A stretch of 64,000 nt of DNA, taken from Proteromonas lacertae (Eukaryota). A model generated the notes under the pieces. That model was given only the letters and a program-made list of their open reading frames with translations, was not told the origin of the DNA and made no database searches. The stretch is taken from the NCBI GenBank assembly GCA_002245135.1, contig NGBS01001174.1, positions 1 through 64,000 on the forward strand, in the 5' to 3' direction. Every line of letters begins with the position of its first letter. Within the stretch, counting starts at the first letter, position 1. Shown in pieces: positions 22,537 through 34,661 of this stretch. Both the position numbers and the translations under genes were made by a program.

Positions 22537-23619
22537 ATGCATGAATATATATATGTATTTTTGTTTATTTCTATCTTAATTATTCTTGTTTTTACTACCA
22601 TAGTGAATATGGAAATAATAGAAAGTATTTATCGCTTATATGATTATGAGTTGTATATAAAAGAAATAAAAAACAAGTTGTTCTTTTATGTAAAAAAATA
22701 TGCAAACTGTAAAAATTATACTGCATCTCCTTTGTATTGTGGACATAAATTCGAAGGATTTAAATTACAAAAGAAAGGATTTCATCCTCAAAGAGTATTA
22801 GTAAATCTCAGCAACTATGATAATATTAATATTTCAAAATCACCATTTTGCAGAAATGCACTAATAATTATTGGAATTGTAACTGCTCCTGAACAATTTA
22901 TGGAAAGAATATCTCTTCGCTTAGGATATAAATTATATAAAAACATAACACTTCTTTTTTTTACTGGTTTATCAGCAAATAATACATACAATTATCTACT
23001 TAAAAAGGAATATAATTATTATCATGATATAGTTATATTCAATTTCATTTCACACTATTTTAATTCAAGCTTACTTCTGATATTAGAGATGAATTGGATA
23101 TATAAAAAATGCAGAAAATTTAAGTATTTAATTTATCATACACCAGATGTTTTTTTCAACTATTACTTATTTTACAGAAAGTATATATTAAAATCTTTTA
23201 CATATCCTCTTATTGCTCAAATACTAAAGAAAAATAGAGTTTTAAGAAATAATAGAAGTAGATTCTATGTTCCTTATGAAATATACAATCATTCATACTA
23301 TCCTCCGCAACCAAATGGACCCTTAATTATATTTTCTATAAGATCAATAAGGAAAATGATTTCAAATATTCATAAAATGAAAATGACGTTTTGGATGGAT
23401 GATGTTTATCTATCTTTTTTAATGAAAGAAACTAATATTGTTGGATATAATCTAAAAAATGTTATTAGTCTTTATCCAGTACAAATCAAAAATCTACCTA
23501 ATCTATCGTTTATATTATCAAGTGTATATTATATACATTCTTTACCACCAGCTGCTATTCTCTTTTTGATAAAAAGTGCAAATAAATACTACACATATTC
23601 ATCTATAAAATATATATAA
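22537..23619 (+). CDS. GT31-like
   Basis: TM, ER..LR, FFTG, DIVIFNF, FYVP...YPP..NG, MDDVY. Confidence 0.8.
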   Translation: MHEYIYVFLFISILIILVFTTIVNMEIIESIYRLYDYELYIKEIKNKLFFYVKKYANCKNYTASPLYCGHKFEGFKLQKKGFHPQRVLVNLSNYDNINISKSPFCRNALIIIGIVTAPEQFMERISLRLGYKLYKNITLLFFTGLSANNTYNYLLKKEYNYYHDIVIFNFISHYFNSSLLLILEMNWIYKKCRKFKYLIYHTPDVFFNYYLFYRKYILKSFTYPLIAQILKKNRVLRNNRSRFYVPYEIYNHSYYPPQPNGPLIIFSIRSIRKMISNIHKMKMTFWMDDVYLSFLMKETNIVGYNLKNVISLYPVQIKNLPNLSFILSSVYYIHSLPPAAILFLIKSANKYYTYSSIKYI

Positions 23620-24498
23620 ATGAGATTTAAAGTGATTTTTATAGCTAATAGTTTAATTTCTTTTCAATTTATTTTTATTTTTATTTATTATATAAATATA
23701 TATTATACAGAATATTTATGTATATATAATAGAATATTAGTTTCAGGAGCATCAGAAAACCATGGAAATTTGCTTATATTAATGATGTATAGAATAGAAA
23801 AGGTTGAGAATAATCTATGTTTTATAATATGGGATTTAGGTCTAAGCGTTAGTCAAAAGAATAGAGTATTTAATATAATAAATTATGTAAATAGTAAATT
23901 AAATATAAACATTTCTATTTTCTATCATATGTTTAATTATTCATATTATCCACCACATTATAATATAAAAAATAATGCTGGTTATTATTCTTGGAAACCT
24001 GCTATTATTTATGAAACGTATAAGTTATATAAAAGAACATTATTTTGGTTAGATGCTGGATGTTTTATAAATGGATCATTAAAATCAATATACCTACATA
24101 TTATTAATATGGAAGTGTTTTCTATATCTGCTGGTCATTCTATTAAAAAATATACCCACCATTCATTAATAGAATTATATAATGTAACACAACAAGTGCA
24201 GAATAAAACAATGTGTGCTGCTGGTGTTGTAGGATTTCTTTATCCTTCATTGTTTTGTATGAAAATTATCAAAATGTGGAAAGAATGTGCAATGAATAAA
24301 GAATGCATTGCACCTGAAGGATCCAATAGAAAAAATCACCGACAAGATCAAAGTGCACTATCAATAATACTCTATCAAAATGGATATCAACATAAATGTA
24401 AAATATATACAAATTTAAATATTTCATTACAATATGATGGAAAAATAAATAAATATAATAACAAAGAATATTTAAATTTTCTTAAAGAAGTTAAGTAG
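23620..24498 (+). CDS. DUF1647-like putative glycosyltransferase
   Basis: SENH, WDLGL, YSWKP, FWLDAG, CIAPEGS, NHRQDQS. Confidence 0.7.
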   Translation: MRFKVIFIANSLISFQFIFIFIYYINIYYTEYLCIYNRILVSGASENHGNLLILMMYRIEKVENNLCFIIWDLGLSVSQKNRVFNIINYVNSKLNINISIFYHMFNYSYYPPHYNIKNNAGYYSWKPAIIYETYKLYKRTLFWLDAGCFINGSLKSIYLHIINMEVFSISAGHSIKKYTHHSLIELYNVTQQVQNKTMCAAGVVGFLYPSLFCMKIIKMWKECAMNKECIAPEGSNRKNHRQDQSALSIILYQNGYQHKCKIYTNLNISLQYDGKINKYNNKEYLNFLKEVK

Positions 24499-24975
24499 TA
24501 TTAATTATTTTGAGTTGCAAATTTTATCATATAATAATTTGCCGAAAGTTTATGGTTAAGGTGGTTGTTTCTTATCATTTTGTTGTGAATTATTACTTCT
24601 TGCAGTAAATGATTTTTGGCTATCTATTAGATGATTGTATCTTATTTTCATCATTTTCTTTTACTTCTTCTGTTGATGATATTTATATTTTTTTGGTTTT
24701 CTTCTTTTCATTGGTTGTTTTGATTTTCTTTCTTCAGCTATTTGATTGTTTATCACATACTAATCAACTATTATGGAATTATCCAATCATAGTTATATAA
24801 AGTGGAAAATGGAACATAATGGGCTATAATGGGCTATTTCTCATTCATGATATATTATATATTTCTTCAATTAATATAAAATTATTATCAGCTGGATATT
24901 TTGTCTTTTTTCCCAGAAAGTATCATCATTAAGTTACTATAATATGTGAGTTGAATCGCTAATAATAAAAATAAA

Positions 24976-25932
24976 TTAAAAAAATAAGCAAATAGAAGGT
25001 TTGTTTTTCATTAAATTACAATAATATAGATGTAAGTAATATATTTCATTTGGAATAAGCCTATGAATCATAATAAAGTTTCTAATATTATAAATAATGC
25101 AATTTCCTTCTCCTATACTTTTATTTAAGTATTTAAAATTATATAAAGAAATATTAGCTCTTGAAGCTAATTGTCCTATATAAACATCTTCAGGATATCC
25201 ATAACAATCATGATTTATATCCCTTAATGATATATTTACTAATTGATTTAATTTATTATATGGTATAACATATCCCATTCCACTAGGAAAGTTCTTTAAA
25301 ATATAACCCCAAATATATTTACTTCCGTCATTTTTCTTATTTTGTAGATTATTTAATAAGTCAATATTAAAGAATGAATCTGAATCATGTTTTATTAACC
25401 ATTCAAAACTAATATCTGTTGAAATTGACCATAATAGCATATTGTAAGTTTGAAGTGTAAGTGAATAGTAGGATGAAAAAAATCTAAACTGTATAATATC
25501 TCTATTTAAATTACTCTCTTCTTCAATTTTTTTGTTTATAGTTATAATTTTACTCTTTCCAGTTACAAAAAGAAAAGATACATTTTTATATCTTTTATAA
25601 ATTTCTCTGAAAGTATATCTTTCATAAATCATCTCTGGTTCTGTATTTATTAGAATTAAATATTTACAATTCTTAAATAATATATGGTTAGAAATGGAAT
25701 AATTTAATCTATTTAAATGTAAATGAATTGGTTTATAACTTCTTTTTTTCATATATTTTGATGTTGTTCTTCTAATGCATGTTACTCTTCTAGTTTCAAT
25801 AAAGCATTCATTTATTTTATAGAAATCTTTTCTTAATTCTGATTTTATTTTATTCCTTACAATGGTATATTTATAAATATTATATACTATTAATATATAA
25901 ATTATATTAATTATTATGTGAAAAATAAACAT
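24976..25932 (-). CDS. GT31-like
   Basis: FVTG, DIIQ, YYSLTLQT, LIKHDSD, SGMGY, PEDVYIG. Confidence 0.8.
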   Translation of the reverse strand: MFIFHIIINIIYILIVYNIYKYTIVRNKIKSELRKDFYKINECFIETRRVTCIRRTTSKYMKKRSYKPIHLHLNRLNYSISNHILFKNCKYLILINTEPEMIYERYTFREIYKRYKNVSFLFVTGKSKIITINKKIEEESNLNRDIIQFRFFSSYYSLTLQTYNMLLWSISTDISFEWLIKHDSDSFFNIDLLNNLQNKKNDGSKYIWGYILKNFPSGMGYVIPYNKLNQLVNISLRDINHDCYGYPEDVYIGQLASRANISLYNFKYLNKSIGEGNCIIYNIRNFIMIHRLIPNEIYYLHLYYCNLMKNKPSICLFF

Positions 25933-25953
25933 AATATTATAGCTAACTGACTC

Positions 25954-26853
25954 TTACTGTAACGATAAAACTTTAGAAACATAAATCTTATCATATGGAA
26001 TATAATTGAAAATACTTTTTTGCAAAGGAATAATGATTCTTTCCCATATTTTTTTAACATTTTTATTCATTTTAGGTAGATGAATATCAATAACATTATT
26101 AGTATTGAAGTGTTTATTAAATAGATTTATATTTCTATCAATTCTAGTATTAATGAAATTTCTTTCATTAAATATTACCTTTGATTGAAAGTATTTCCAT
26201 CTTCTTATTTTATCTCTCATATATACTTCATCCATATATTGATAACCTTCAAAATATTTGTATCCTTTATTCATTAAAGATATAATTATATTTACTATTA
26301 TGTCATGTATATTATTTGTGTTAAAATCATGTTGAAGTATGTCTTCCCATATACGTTCGTTAGCAGCCATGTAACACATAGCCCATCTTCCTTTATTATT
26401 GCCAAATCCATATCCATTCTTTCCAAATGATTTAATATTCAATTTGTTAATCTTGTAATTATAGAAATATATTTGTGATAAAGGTAAAATATCTGAATCT
26501 GATATATAATAAATGGTGCTATATGATGATTTTTTAATAAATTTATACCCAAATATTCTAGATATTTTTGAAGCATAATGTAATGGTATTGAACTATTAT
26601 ACTTTAATAGTATCACATCACTTCTTAGAGTTTTTAACTTGTTTTTTATGAATAGTATATCATTTGTTAGTTTATGGTACACAAGTAATACTATTGTACA
26701 ACAGCCAATTTTATTCCATGCTTTTACTACAATAGGTAAATAGATTATATAGTTATATTTCGCTGCAGATAGTTGAACGTAAATATTACATTGATTTGAT
26801 TTATTTACAAGAAGATATATATATATTATTATAAAAATCATCCATTTAGCCAT
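25954..26853 (-). CDS. Putative GT-A glycosyltransferase (DxD)
   Basis: Signal/TM, YLPIVVKAW, SRIF, YISDSDILPL, MCY, DE. Confidence 0.55.
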   Translation of the reverse strand: MAKWMIFIIIYIYLLVNKSNQCNIYVQLSAAKYNYIIYLPIVVKAWNKIGCCTIVLLVYHKLTNDILFIKNKLKTLRSDVILLKYNSSIPLHYASKISRIFGYKFIKKSSYSTIYYISDSDILPLSQIYFYNYKINKLNIKSFGKNGYGFGNNKGRWAMCYMAANERIWEDILQHDFNTNNIHDIIVNIIISLMNKGYKYFEGYQYMDEVYMRDKIRRWKYFQSKVIFNERNFINTRIDRNINLFNKHFNTNNVIDIHLPKMNKNVKKIWERIIIPLQKSIFNYIPYDKIYVSKVLSLQ

Positions 26854-26880
26854 ATCAATATTATAATCTATAAATTAAAA

Positions 26881-28022
26881 ATGTTATTATTCTCATTTTT
26901 TATAACTTTTAACATTATATTAACTTTATTGTTGTATTTATGTAATACAATGATAGACAAATATGAAAATTTATACTTTTTAAAAATAACTGAGAATTAT
27001 TTTGTAACATCATCATTTTATGATTATAGGATAAATTCAATTAGAATTTTATATGGAGGAACAAAACATAATAATGATAGTTTAATGATTAAAATAGATG
27101 GTAAAATAGTAAGCAATTATTTAAATGAAATTTATGATGAATGTATTAAGTTTGATAGTGACTTTGATTTAAAATATGGAAATACAATTATATTATATCA
27201 CAAGGAACCAACATATATTTCCATAAATAATATAAAAATACCATTCATACAATCAAGTAAAAAGTATAGGTACTTTTTATCTGTTTGTATAACTGCAATG
27301 TATAATTTTAAAGCTAAAATGATGTTAAAACAATTACTTGAAATATATTTAGCTCTTGGTGTTGATCATTTCACAATTTACTATACCAGCTTTAGTGAAG
27401 ATGTTCATAATATATTGAAATATTATATAATGAAAAGAATTGTAAAATTATTACACTGGGAAAGAAATAATGTGACAATTAGAATGAGAAATTATGGTCA
27501 GTATATAAAGACAAATGATTGTTTGTATAGATATTTAGGTGAATCACATTATATTATTAATACAGATTTGGATGAAATAATTATTCCATTAAATTATCAC
27601 ACCTTAATTGAACTTATAAAAGATATACATAGCAAATACCCCAACAAAACTCTTTTCTTATTTTCTAGTAAAATGTTTATTAAGAATGAAACTATAGATA
27701 CGGAAATAAAAAAAATAAAATCCATTATATGTATCAGCATCATACAACTGATGTGAATATATTCTCTATAACCAAATGCTGTTATTCATACATTTTCTAT
27801 AAAAAATATATTGTTCATACAGATGATATGATTGCATTACAAATACATTATGCATGGAAAGGTAATATTGATGTTTATAATATACCTTATAAAGATGGTT
27901 ATTCTAGACATACTAGAAGGGTTGTTAACTTTTTGGCTAAAACTTATTGTAGAAAAATTGAATATGATAATAATTTATCGAAAGTATTACCACATATATC
28001 ACTTAAGTATGTTAATATTTAA
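26881..28022 (+). CDS. GT92-like, split by a frameshift at an A8 run (27708-27715)
   Basis: LSVC, LGVDHFTIY, GQ...NDCLYR, TDLDEII; C-terminus continues in ORF 27729. Confidence 0.75.
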
Positions 28023-29822
28023 CAAATTACATTATTATTTATATAATGTAGATAAAATCTCTTTTTGTATTTCATTTTGTAAATATTTTTAAAGTAAAAA
28101 ATTCTTTTATTCTTATTTAAAATGATATCTTTATATAAATCAACAAAATCATAAGATAAATGATGATAATCTACATACATAAGAATATTTGAATGAAGTA
28201 AGCTACATACATTATTTGGACATATTACATCAATGAATGATAAATATTTTTCATTTAAATAACTTTTAATTATTCTATATATATAGAATATACATTTATT
28301 TGAATATACTAAACGTGGTATTACCTCTATTATCTAATATATATCTATGTGGATTAAACTTTAAAACTGGTGTATCTTCTATAAAGTATAGAATTAATGA
28401 TATTCTTTTCAGTATTTTTATATATTTAATTATCTTTCTTTGTATTTGACTATCATTACATTTTAAGCTATTTACATAATTTGAAACAAACACAGATAGT
28501 ATCTTGTATAAATTACTATTATTTAATTCATTTGCAATTGATTCATATGTTGTGCTATACATATTAATAAGCTTAACCCAAATGAATAATAAGAATACAT
28601 TATTAAGTAATGCTAATTTATAGAGTAATGGAGACCATACAATTAAATGAGAATCACCAATTAACAAATACCATGTTTTGTCTTTTATATACTCTATACT
28701 AGAATGTTTTACAACACTATTTAAGCATTCTTTGCGAATTACATTATAATTAGATATAAATAGAGGAGGTTTTGTTTTTATATCATATTTATATTTTATA
28801 TGAGTTATTCTCAATATAAATGCTCCTAGTGATAAAGATAGTAATATTATAACATATTTATATTTCCTAATATATTTCAAGGGATATTCAATTGTATAAT
28901 ATGATAATACTGAATATATGATTATAGAAAATAAATAATTTGTAACTTTCTTATATTTATTTATCACTAACAATATATAATGCCATAAATATAAAGAATA
29001 TGATACTTCTCCTGCAAATGATATTGGAAAAGAACTGATTATTCTATTAATAGAATATAAATGATTATTTGTATTATAAATGATTGGAGTTATAGAAATA
29101 AGTGGTATTAAAGGATAAAAACTTGGATATATATTATTACTATTAAATTTAAATATGAAAATGAATAATATCATTAGCCCTACTATTGATATACTATTCA
29201 TATCAACTGTTAAATATTTTTGAGAAATAAAAGTAATAATGCCAAACAAAAATTCCCATAGCCTTGCTTTTAACATAAAATAAGCCAACTGAATATATTT
29301 TCTTGAAAGTAATATAGAATATATTAAAAATATAAAAGATAATAAATAGTTTATAATATCATTACTGAATAAAAACAGCGGGAATAAGATATAGAATTGT
29401 TCTTCAACTGATAAAGACCAAAAATGTAGTATAACTGATGGAGGCTGAGATTCATACATATAATCTATATTTTTATTGTAAAATCGAATATTTGATATAC
29501 CAAATATTGCATATCTGACATCACTCTGTATATCATCTGGATTATATTCTTTAAGATTGTTCATATTTATTAGCACATATAGCAAAACTATATAACTAAT
29601 TGGTATAATTCTTTTAATCCTATTAGAATAGAAATTGAAAATTATTGATAATTTTGTAGTGTTTTTGCTATTATAAACCATTTTCATTATATAACCAGAG
29701 ATAAAGAAGAATATATCTACGCCTATATATCCTGCTATTATATATTCTTTGTTATAATGATAAAATATAACTAATAAAACAGCTATACCTCTTAAACCAT
29801 CTATATCTTTTCTGAAGTTCAT
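28019..29822 (-). CDS. Second OafA-type acyltransferase, mosaic, frameshifted near 28310
   Basis: 28612-29822 matches 17607-18817. The SGNH part is diverged and stops at 28296; the C-terminus continues in another frame to 28019. Confidence 0.85.
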
Positions 29823-29851
29823 AATTCATAATTGAGAAAATTTTGAATATT

Positions 29852-30911
29852 TTAATTTTTAATTTTTGATTTACAGTTTATTTGTTGTTTTAATATTTCG
29901 AGATACAAAGGGTCGTATATATCTTTTGATCCATCATAGAATGTGTAATTATTTCTATTTAATAATATATTTCTTCTGTTATAAAGAATTAGTAATGAAA
30001 ATGTACTTTTTGGTGATAAAATTAAATAATTGCATTTAGAAACTACTTCAATATCTCCTATTAATTTATCATAGAATGACATAGAATAATATACATTTCT
30101 ACCAATTCCGCTACTATGATTAATATTGTATCCATCTTTATATGCTATAGCATTTTTAATATACTTCTTTATTTTTGGTAGAAAAAGAAAACTATCGCTA
30201 GATACTATTAATGTGCAATTTCTATTTTTGCATATTTCTTGATATAAATTGTAAATTCTATATATTATTTTCTTCTCCACTTTACATGATTTCTTTTTAA
30301 ACATGCATATATCACCTAATCTAATGTGGCATCCTATGCTTAATACATCTTTATTAAATTGATATGTATTTTTAAACTTAATAGTTATATACTTCAGATA
30401 TATTTTAGAGTTTATTTGAATAACTTCATCATTATGATTATAATATCTGCTATTCAAAAGATCTAATTTCCGTAATTGATTTTTTATATGATCAATTTTC
30501 AATAATTGTGGTAAAAGATCATAATGAGATATTATTTCTGTGTTTGCTGTATTTGATGATAGTATTTCTCTAATAATACCTTGAAAAGTTTTACAATATT
30601 TATATCCTGAAAATATATACAATGTATAATTTGTTTTACTAACTATTTTTTTCTCTACACGAATGTCTTTTGAAAACTTTATTACTTTTAACATTGAATT
30701 TAAGTTATATACTAATATTTTATAATTAAATTATACATATTAATTGCCTTTCACTAAGTAGCGATAGTATCAAAGCTGAACTTATTCCTAACAATTTATT
30801 TCCTAAACCTCCTGAATTAGGTTGAGTATATATACTAATTTTTTTCCCCTTATTTTTAATAATAAAGTAAATTAACAACAACATAAAAACTAAACTAAAA
30901 AAACATAACAT
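29852..30911 (-). CDS. Fucosyltransferase-like with one 25-nt intron (30712-30736)
   Basis: GGLGNKLLG, IGCHIRLGD, VSSDS, STFS; a GTATAA...TAG intron restores the frame. Confidence 0.8.
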
Positions 30912-30921
30912 TAACGAAGTA

Positions 30922-31779
30922 TTAAAATTTTAATGGGTGGAATAATTTATTTCTACATATTTCACTTTCTAATATCTCCATCCATTTCATTTCCGTTATT
31001 GATTTACCAGCATGAAAAGTATGTCCTATATACTTCTTAGGAATTTCTTGGTATGATAAATTATGGTAAAATACTAATTCAATCGTGCTTGTTTCAGTTT
31101 GTGAATGATAATGTGAACTTAAATCTTTCATCATCTTTTTGATATAGTTCTTTGACCATCTTTGAATATATTCTCTATTTGCATATCCAAAATTTCTTTG
31201 AAAGAATTTAAATCTTCTATTCAAATACTTATCTGTTGCACAATTAAACCACACCCATTTAGGATTAATAATTCCAACACCAGATGTTATTAAATCTTTC
31301 CTATTCTTTTTAAATATTTCTATTAATTTAAATAAATTTCCTGTAAAACCTACATCTTGCTCTATAATCCAAACATATTCATATTCAATATTTAGCTTAT
31401 TATATAAAGTTATTATTGACTCAGAATGAGATATCCATAACAACATCCTACTTCTTTTAAAACTACTACAATTACCTTTTAAAGAAGATAGATAAGGAAA
31501 TTTTATCAATACATCATTAAATGGTAGAACTACATTTGTTATTTTAACCTTACTAATCAAAGAATTATTTAATTTTTGTTTTGATAGTAAAAAGAATTGA
31601 TAGTAGTGTGGAAAATATGATTTCCATTTTATATATCTATAAATTTGTTTATATGTTGGATTATCAATTCTTATTACTATGCATGATTGTAGATGATTAC
31701 TTTTTGATATAATAAAGCTTATATATATGTATATAAGTATATTATATAATCCTATAAATAGTAATAATTTGTATTTCAT
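30922..31779 (-). CDS. Putative glycosyltransferase (DUF3405-like)
   Basis: TM, YEYVWIIEQDVGFTGN, C-terminal FHPLKF. Confidence 0.55.
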   Translation of the reverse strand: MKYKLLLFIGLYNILIYIYISFIISKSNHLQSCIVIRIDNPTYKQIYRYIKWKSYFPHYYQFFLLSKQKLNNSLISKVKITNVVLPFNDVLIKFPYLSSLKGNCSSFKRSRMLLWISHSESIITLYNKLNIEYEYVWIIEQDVGFTGNLFKLIEIFKKNRKDLITSGVGIINPKWVWFNCATDKYLNRRFKFFQRNFGYANREYIQRWSKNYIKKMMKDLSSHYHSQTETSTIELVFYHNLSYQEIPKKYIGHTFHAGKSITEMKWMEILESEICRNKLFHPLKF

Positions 31780-31810
31780 TACATAATCATTATATGATGA
31801 ATATAATTAA

Positions 31811-32815
31811 ATGATTTATAGAAATATAATTCTACTTTACGTTTTTCTAATCTTAGTTACATTTTTATTAATATTTCTAAAAAATTATTCAAATTATCAC
31901 ATTCAATATTATAATTATCATCTAAAACATGATGAAAATAATCAAAGTTTAATACTTTCATTTGCTTTAAACTATAATTATTCATGTATTAAATATTTCA
32001 TTTGTTCTTTAAATAAAACAAAATATAAAGGTACAACAATACTTTTTACATACAGTATTACAAAACACTTTAAAAATTATCTTTTAAATAGTAACATTAA
32101 TATAATAGAAATTCAAAAAGACTATCCATTTTATCCTAGTAATCATACACAATATCCAATACAAGAGAGTGATATATTAAAAAATTTGCATTATTTCAAA
32201 GGTAAATCATTTGTAACATATAGATATTTTATATTTAGATTGTTTCTAAAATATTATGGTTGTTTATACAAATACATACTTTTTACAGATATAAGAGATG
32301 TTATATTTCAACTAGATCCTTTTAATTGGAATATAAAAAAGGGAATATATTAAGTAGAAGAATATCCTCATAGAAAAATTAAAAGCGATAAATCTAATTC
32401 AATATATGTTAAATATTATAAACCAAATGAAGCTATATATAATAGTACAATAATAAATGGAGGAATAATATTCGGTTCATATCCTGAACTTCTATTATTT
32501 TTAAATGATTTCCTGCAGTATATATGTTCATTTAATTGTAATGCAAATGATCAAGGAGGTATTAATACATTTGTTAGGAGAATGAATCTATTTATCTATC
32601 CTATTTATATTTTAAATTCATCACATTCACCTGTTAGAACATTAGCCTTATGGTTGTACGATTCTCCTAAATGCTGTTTACCTATGAACAATTATATAAA
32701 GAATCAAGATTCATCATTACCTCATATAATTCATCAATATGATAGAGCAATAAGAATTAATAACAATTATACACATAAGATTTATAGAGAATATTTGAAT
32801 TACTATTTTAAATAG
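31811..32815 (+). pseudogene. GT-A-like protein with in-frame TAA at 32351
   Basis: FTDIRDVIFQLDPF, NGGIIFG, DQG and HQYDR all lie in one frame across a single stop. Confidence 0.7.
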
Positions 32816-33085
32816 TATGAAAATGATTTCGACAAATTTGGTTTTTTTCGAATATTTTCCTCTTATTATCTCTTTTATGCATGTGCTATAATGTGTATTT
32901 TTTTGAATTATTATTATAACTGTTCCATATTAGCATTTAGATATAGTAACATATCTATATTTTGTCCCTTTCAATTATATTTTTAGACAAGTGTTAAGAT
33001 GAGATGTTAGACTATCAGAAAATGATAATGTAAGATGATTTGTATCTTTATATACTATAATACCATTTTTTACAAATAATATCTT

Positions 33086-33270
33086 TATATAAACTAAAAT
33101 ATATTAGCTGAAATAATTAGAATATAATAATTATTAGATCTTTTTATATAAAAAAAGAGAATACAGAATCAAGCCTCACTCAAGCCTATTTTTACATTTC
33201 TTTTTTTATATAGAAAGATTTAATAATTATTACATTCTAATCATTTCAGCTAATGTATTTTAGTTTATAT
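33086..33270. repeat. Imperfect palindrome, ~72-bp arms
   Basis: 33086-33158 versus 33199-33270; the loop contains TCAAGCCTCACTCAAGCCT. Confidence 0.8.
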
Positions 33271-33494
33271 TAGCTAAATATGCATTCAGTTTGCATCAAA
33301 AAATTCTAGAAAACAAACGGCACAAATATTCAAACTATTTATATTAACAAGACAGTATACTGCATAGTTAGGTCATATAACAAAGTAAGTATAAAAGTAA
33401 CAATTTTTCATCAAGACAAGTAAGAATATACATTTAGTTTGTTTTAAAAGTGTCTGGTAGACAAACGGCCAACTATGACAAACGGCGCACAACA

Positions 33495-34661
33495 AATGAG
33501 ATGATCATTGTCTAGGCTAAGTACAATGGACCTTACATCAGAGTATGCACTTCTATTGAACTACTCCATAGAGCACATCTTGATACGGAGGAATCGTTTA
33601 AAGAAAGTCACCTTGATAGAAATAAGACTGGCAGCTACCTTGAGTGAATCACCAATAAAGCTACTATTAGGGTCGGGCATGTTCAAGATAACATCCCAGG
33701 TTGTGTACTAAACATGAAGGATGGGATTGCCAGAGTTATCATCTTGAGTAAGTATTCTATGGATCTCATTGATCTTCGTAAGCTGGTCGGGGGAGGTAAA
33801 GTCATTGATCTGTGATAAGTGTAAGTACTTCAAGTGATGGAGATCGTTGATATTGCTTTCAAGGCCAGGGAACTTCTCTTGAATGGTATTGATCCAATTG
33901 TAAGATCGGAAGAGGATGCATTGGAGTTGTTATCATTACTACCACCTGAAGATGATAGAGTTGCCTTTATAGACTCTAAGGAAGTATATACTTTGAACAG
34001 CTTCTGGAAGACTGATTGTTGTTGTCCTTGAACTAGTGGCTCACCAAGATGCGATAAGAGTAGTGCCTGGTTCTCTAAGAGTGTAGTGTTAACCTTAGGC
34101 TTAGGAGATCCGATAAGGTGATTGATGGCTTCTAAGTTCTTGAAGACTGTGTTGTAGTTGCTACTACTATTGGAGCTGCTTCCAAGAAGATCAGTGATTG
34201 AAGAGAGATCTACGATGGATGGAATGGAGTATCCTCCTGAATAACCTCCCGAAGATGCATTACCATTGCTAGTAGTAGCTATCCACTTGCCGACCATTTT
34301 TACATCCTCGTAGATGTCCATCAAGTAGGTGAACATGCTTAGCGGCTCCTTGTACTTCTCAGGGCATGTTCCTATAACTCCATTCAAGGCAACGTGGGCT
34401 GTCACCAGATTGACAATGTGGCTACTATCGATAGAATGCTGGGGCTTCAACTCAATCTCCTTCTTAGCATTCTCGGTCGGTACATTGGGGATGAAGTAGT
34501 TAGTAATCAGGTCAACTTTATCATTGAGAGTAGGAGAGAACGCTACAGGTCGTGCAGTGCTAGAGTCTAGGTGATTGATTCCAAGAGTTGCTTCGGGTTG
34601 ATATTCAGGACCTGGGTAAGATCCTTTACTGAGATGACTTCATCGTAGAGAGTATTGGTAC
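33495..34661 (-). pseudogene. Decayed virus-like gene, same composition and strand as 6492-8132
   Basis: ORF 33830-34450 extends on both sides through frameshifts and TAG stops; cut at both ends by TG/CA repeat termini. Confidence 0.55.

Noticed and set aside
24500..24970. ORF 24609 and ATAATGGGCT x2
   Set aside because: Low-complexity sequence with no recognisable family.
33495..34661. TAG-to-Gln recoding, suggested by in-frame TAGs here, near 7690 and at 50987
   Set aside because: The same regions also carry frameshifts or other lesions, and TAG ends normal genes (MBF1, Kelch); decay explains it.
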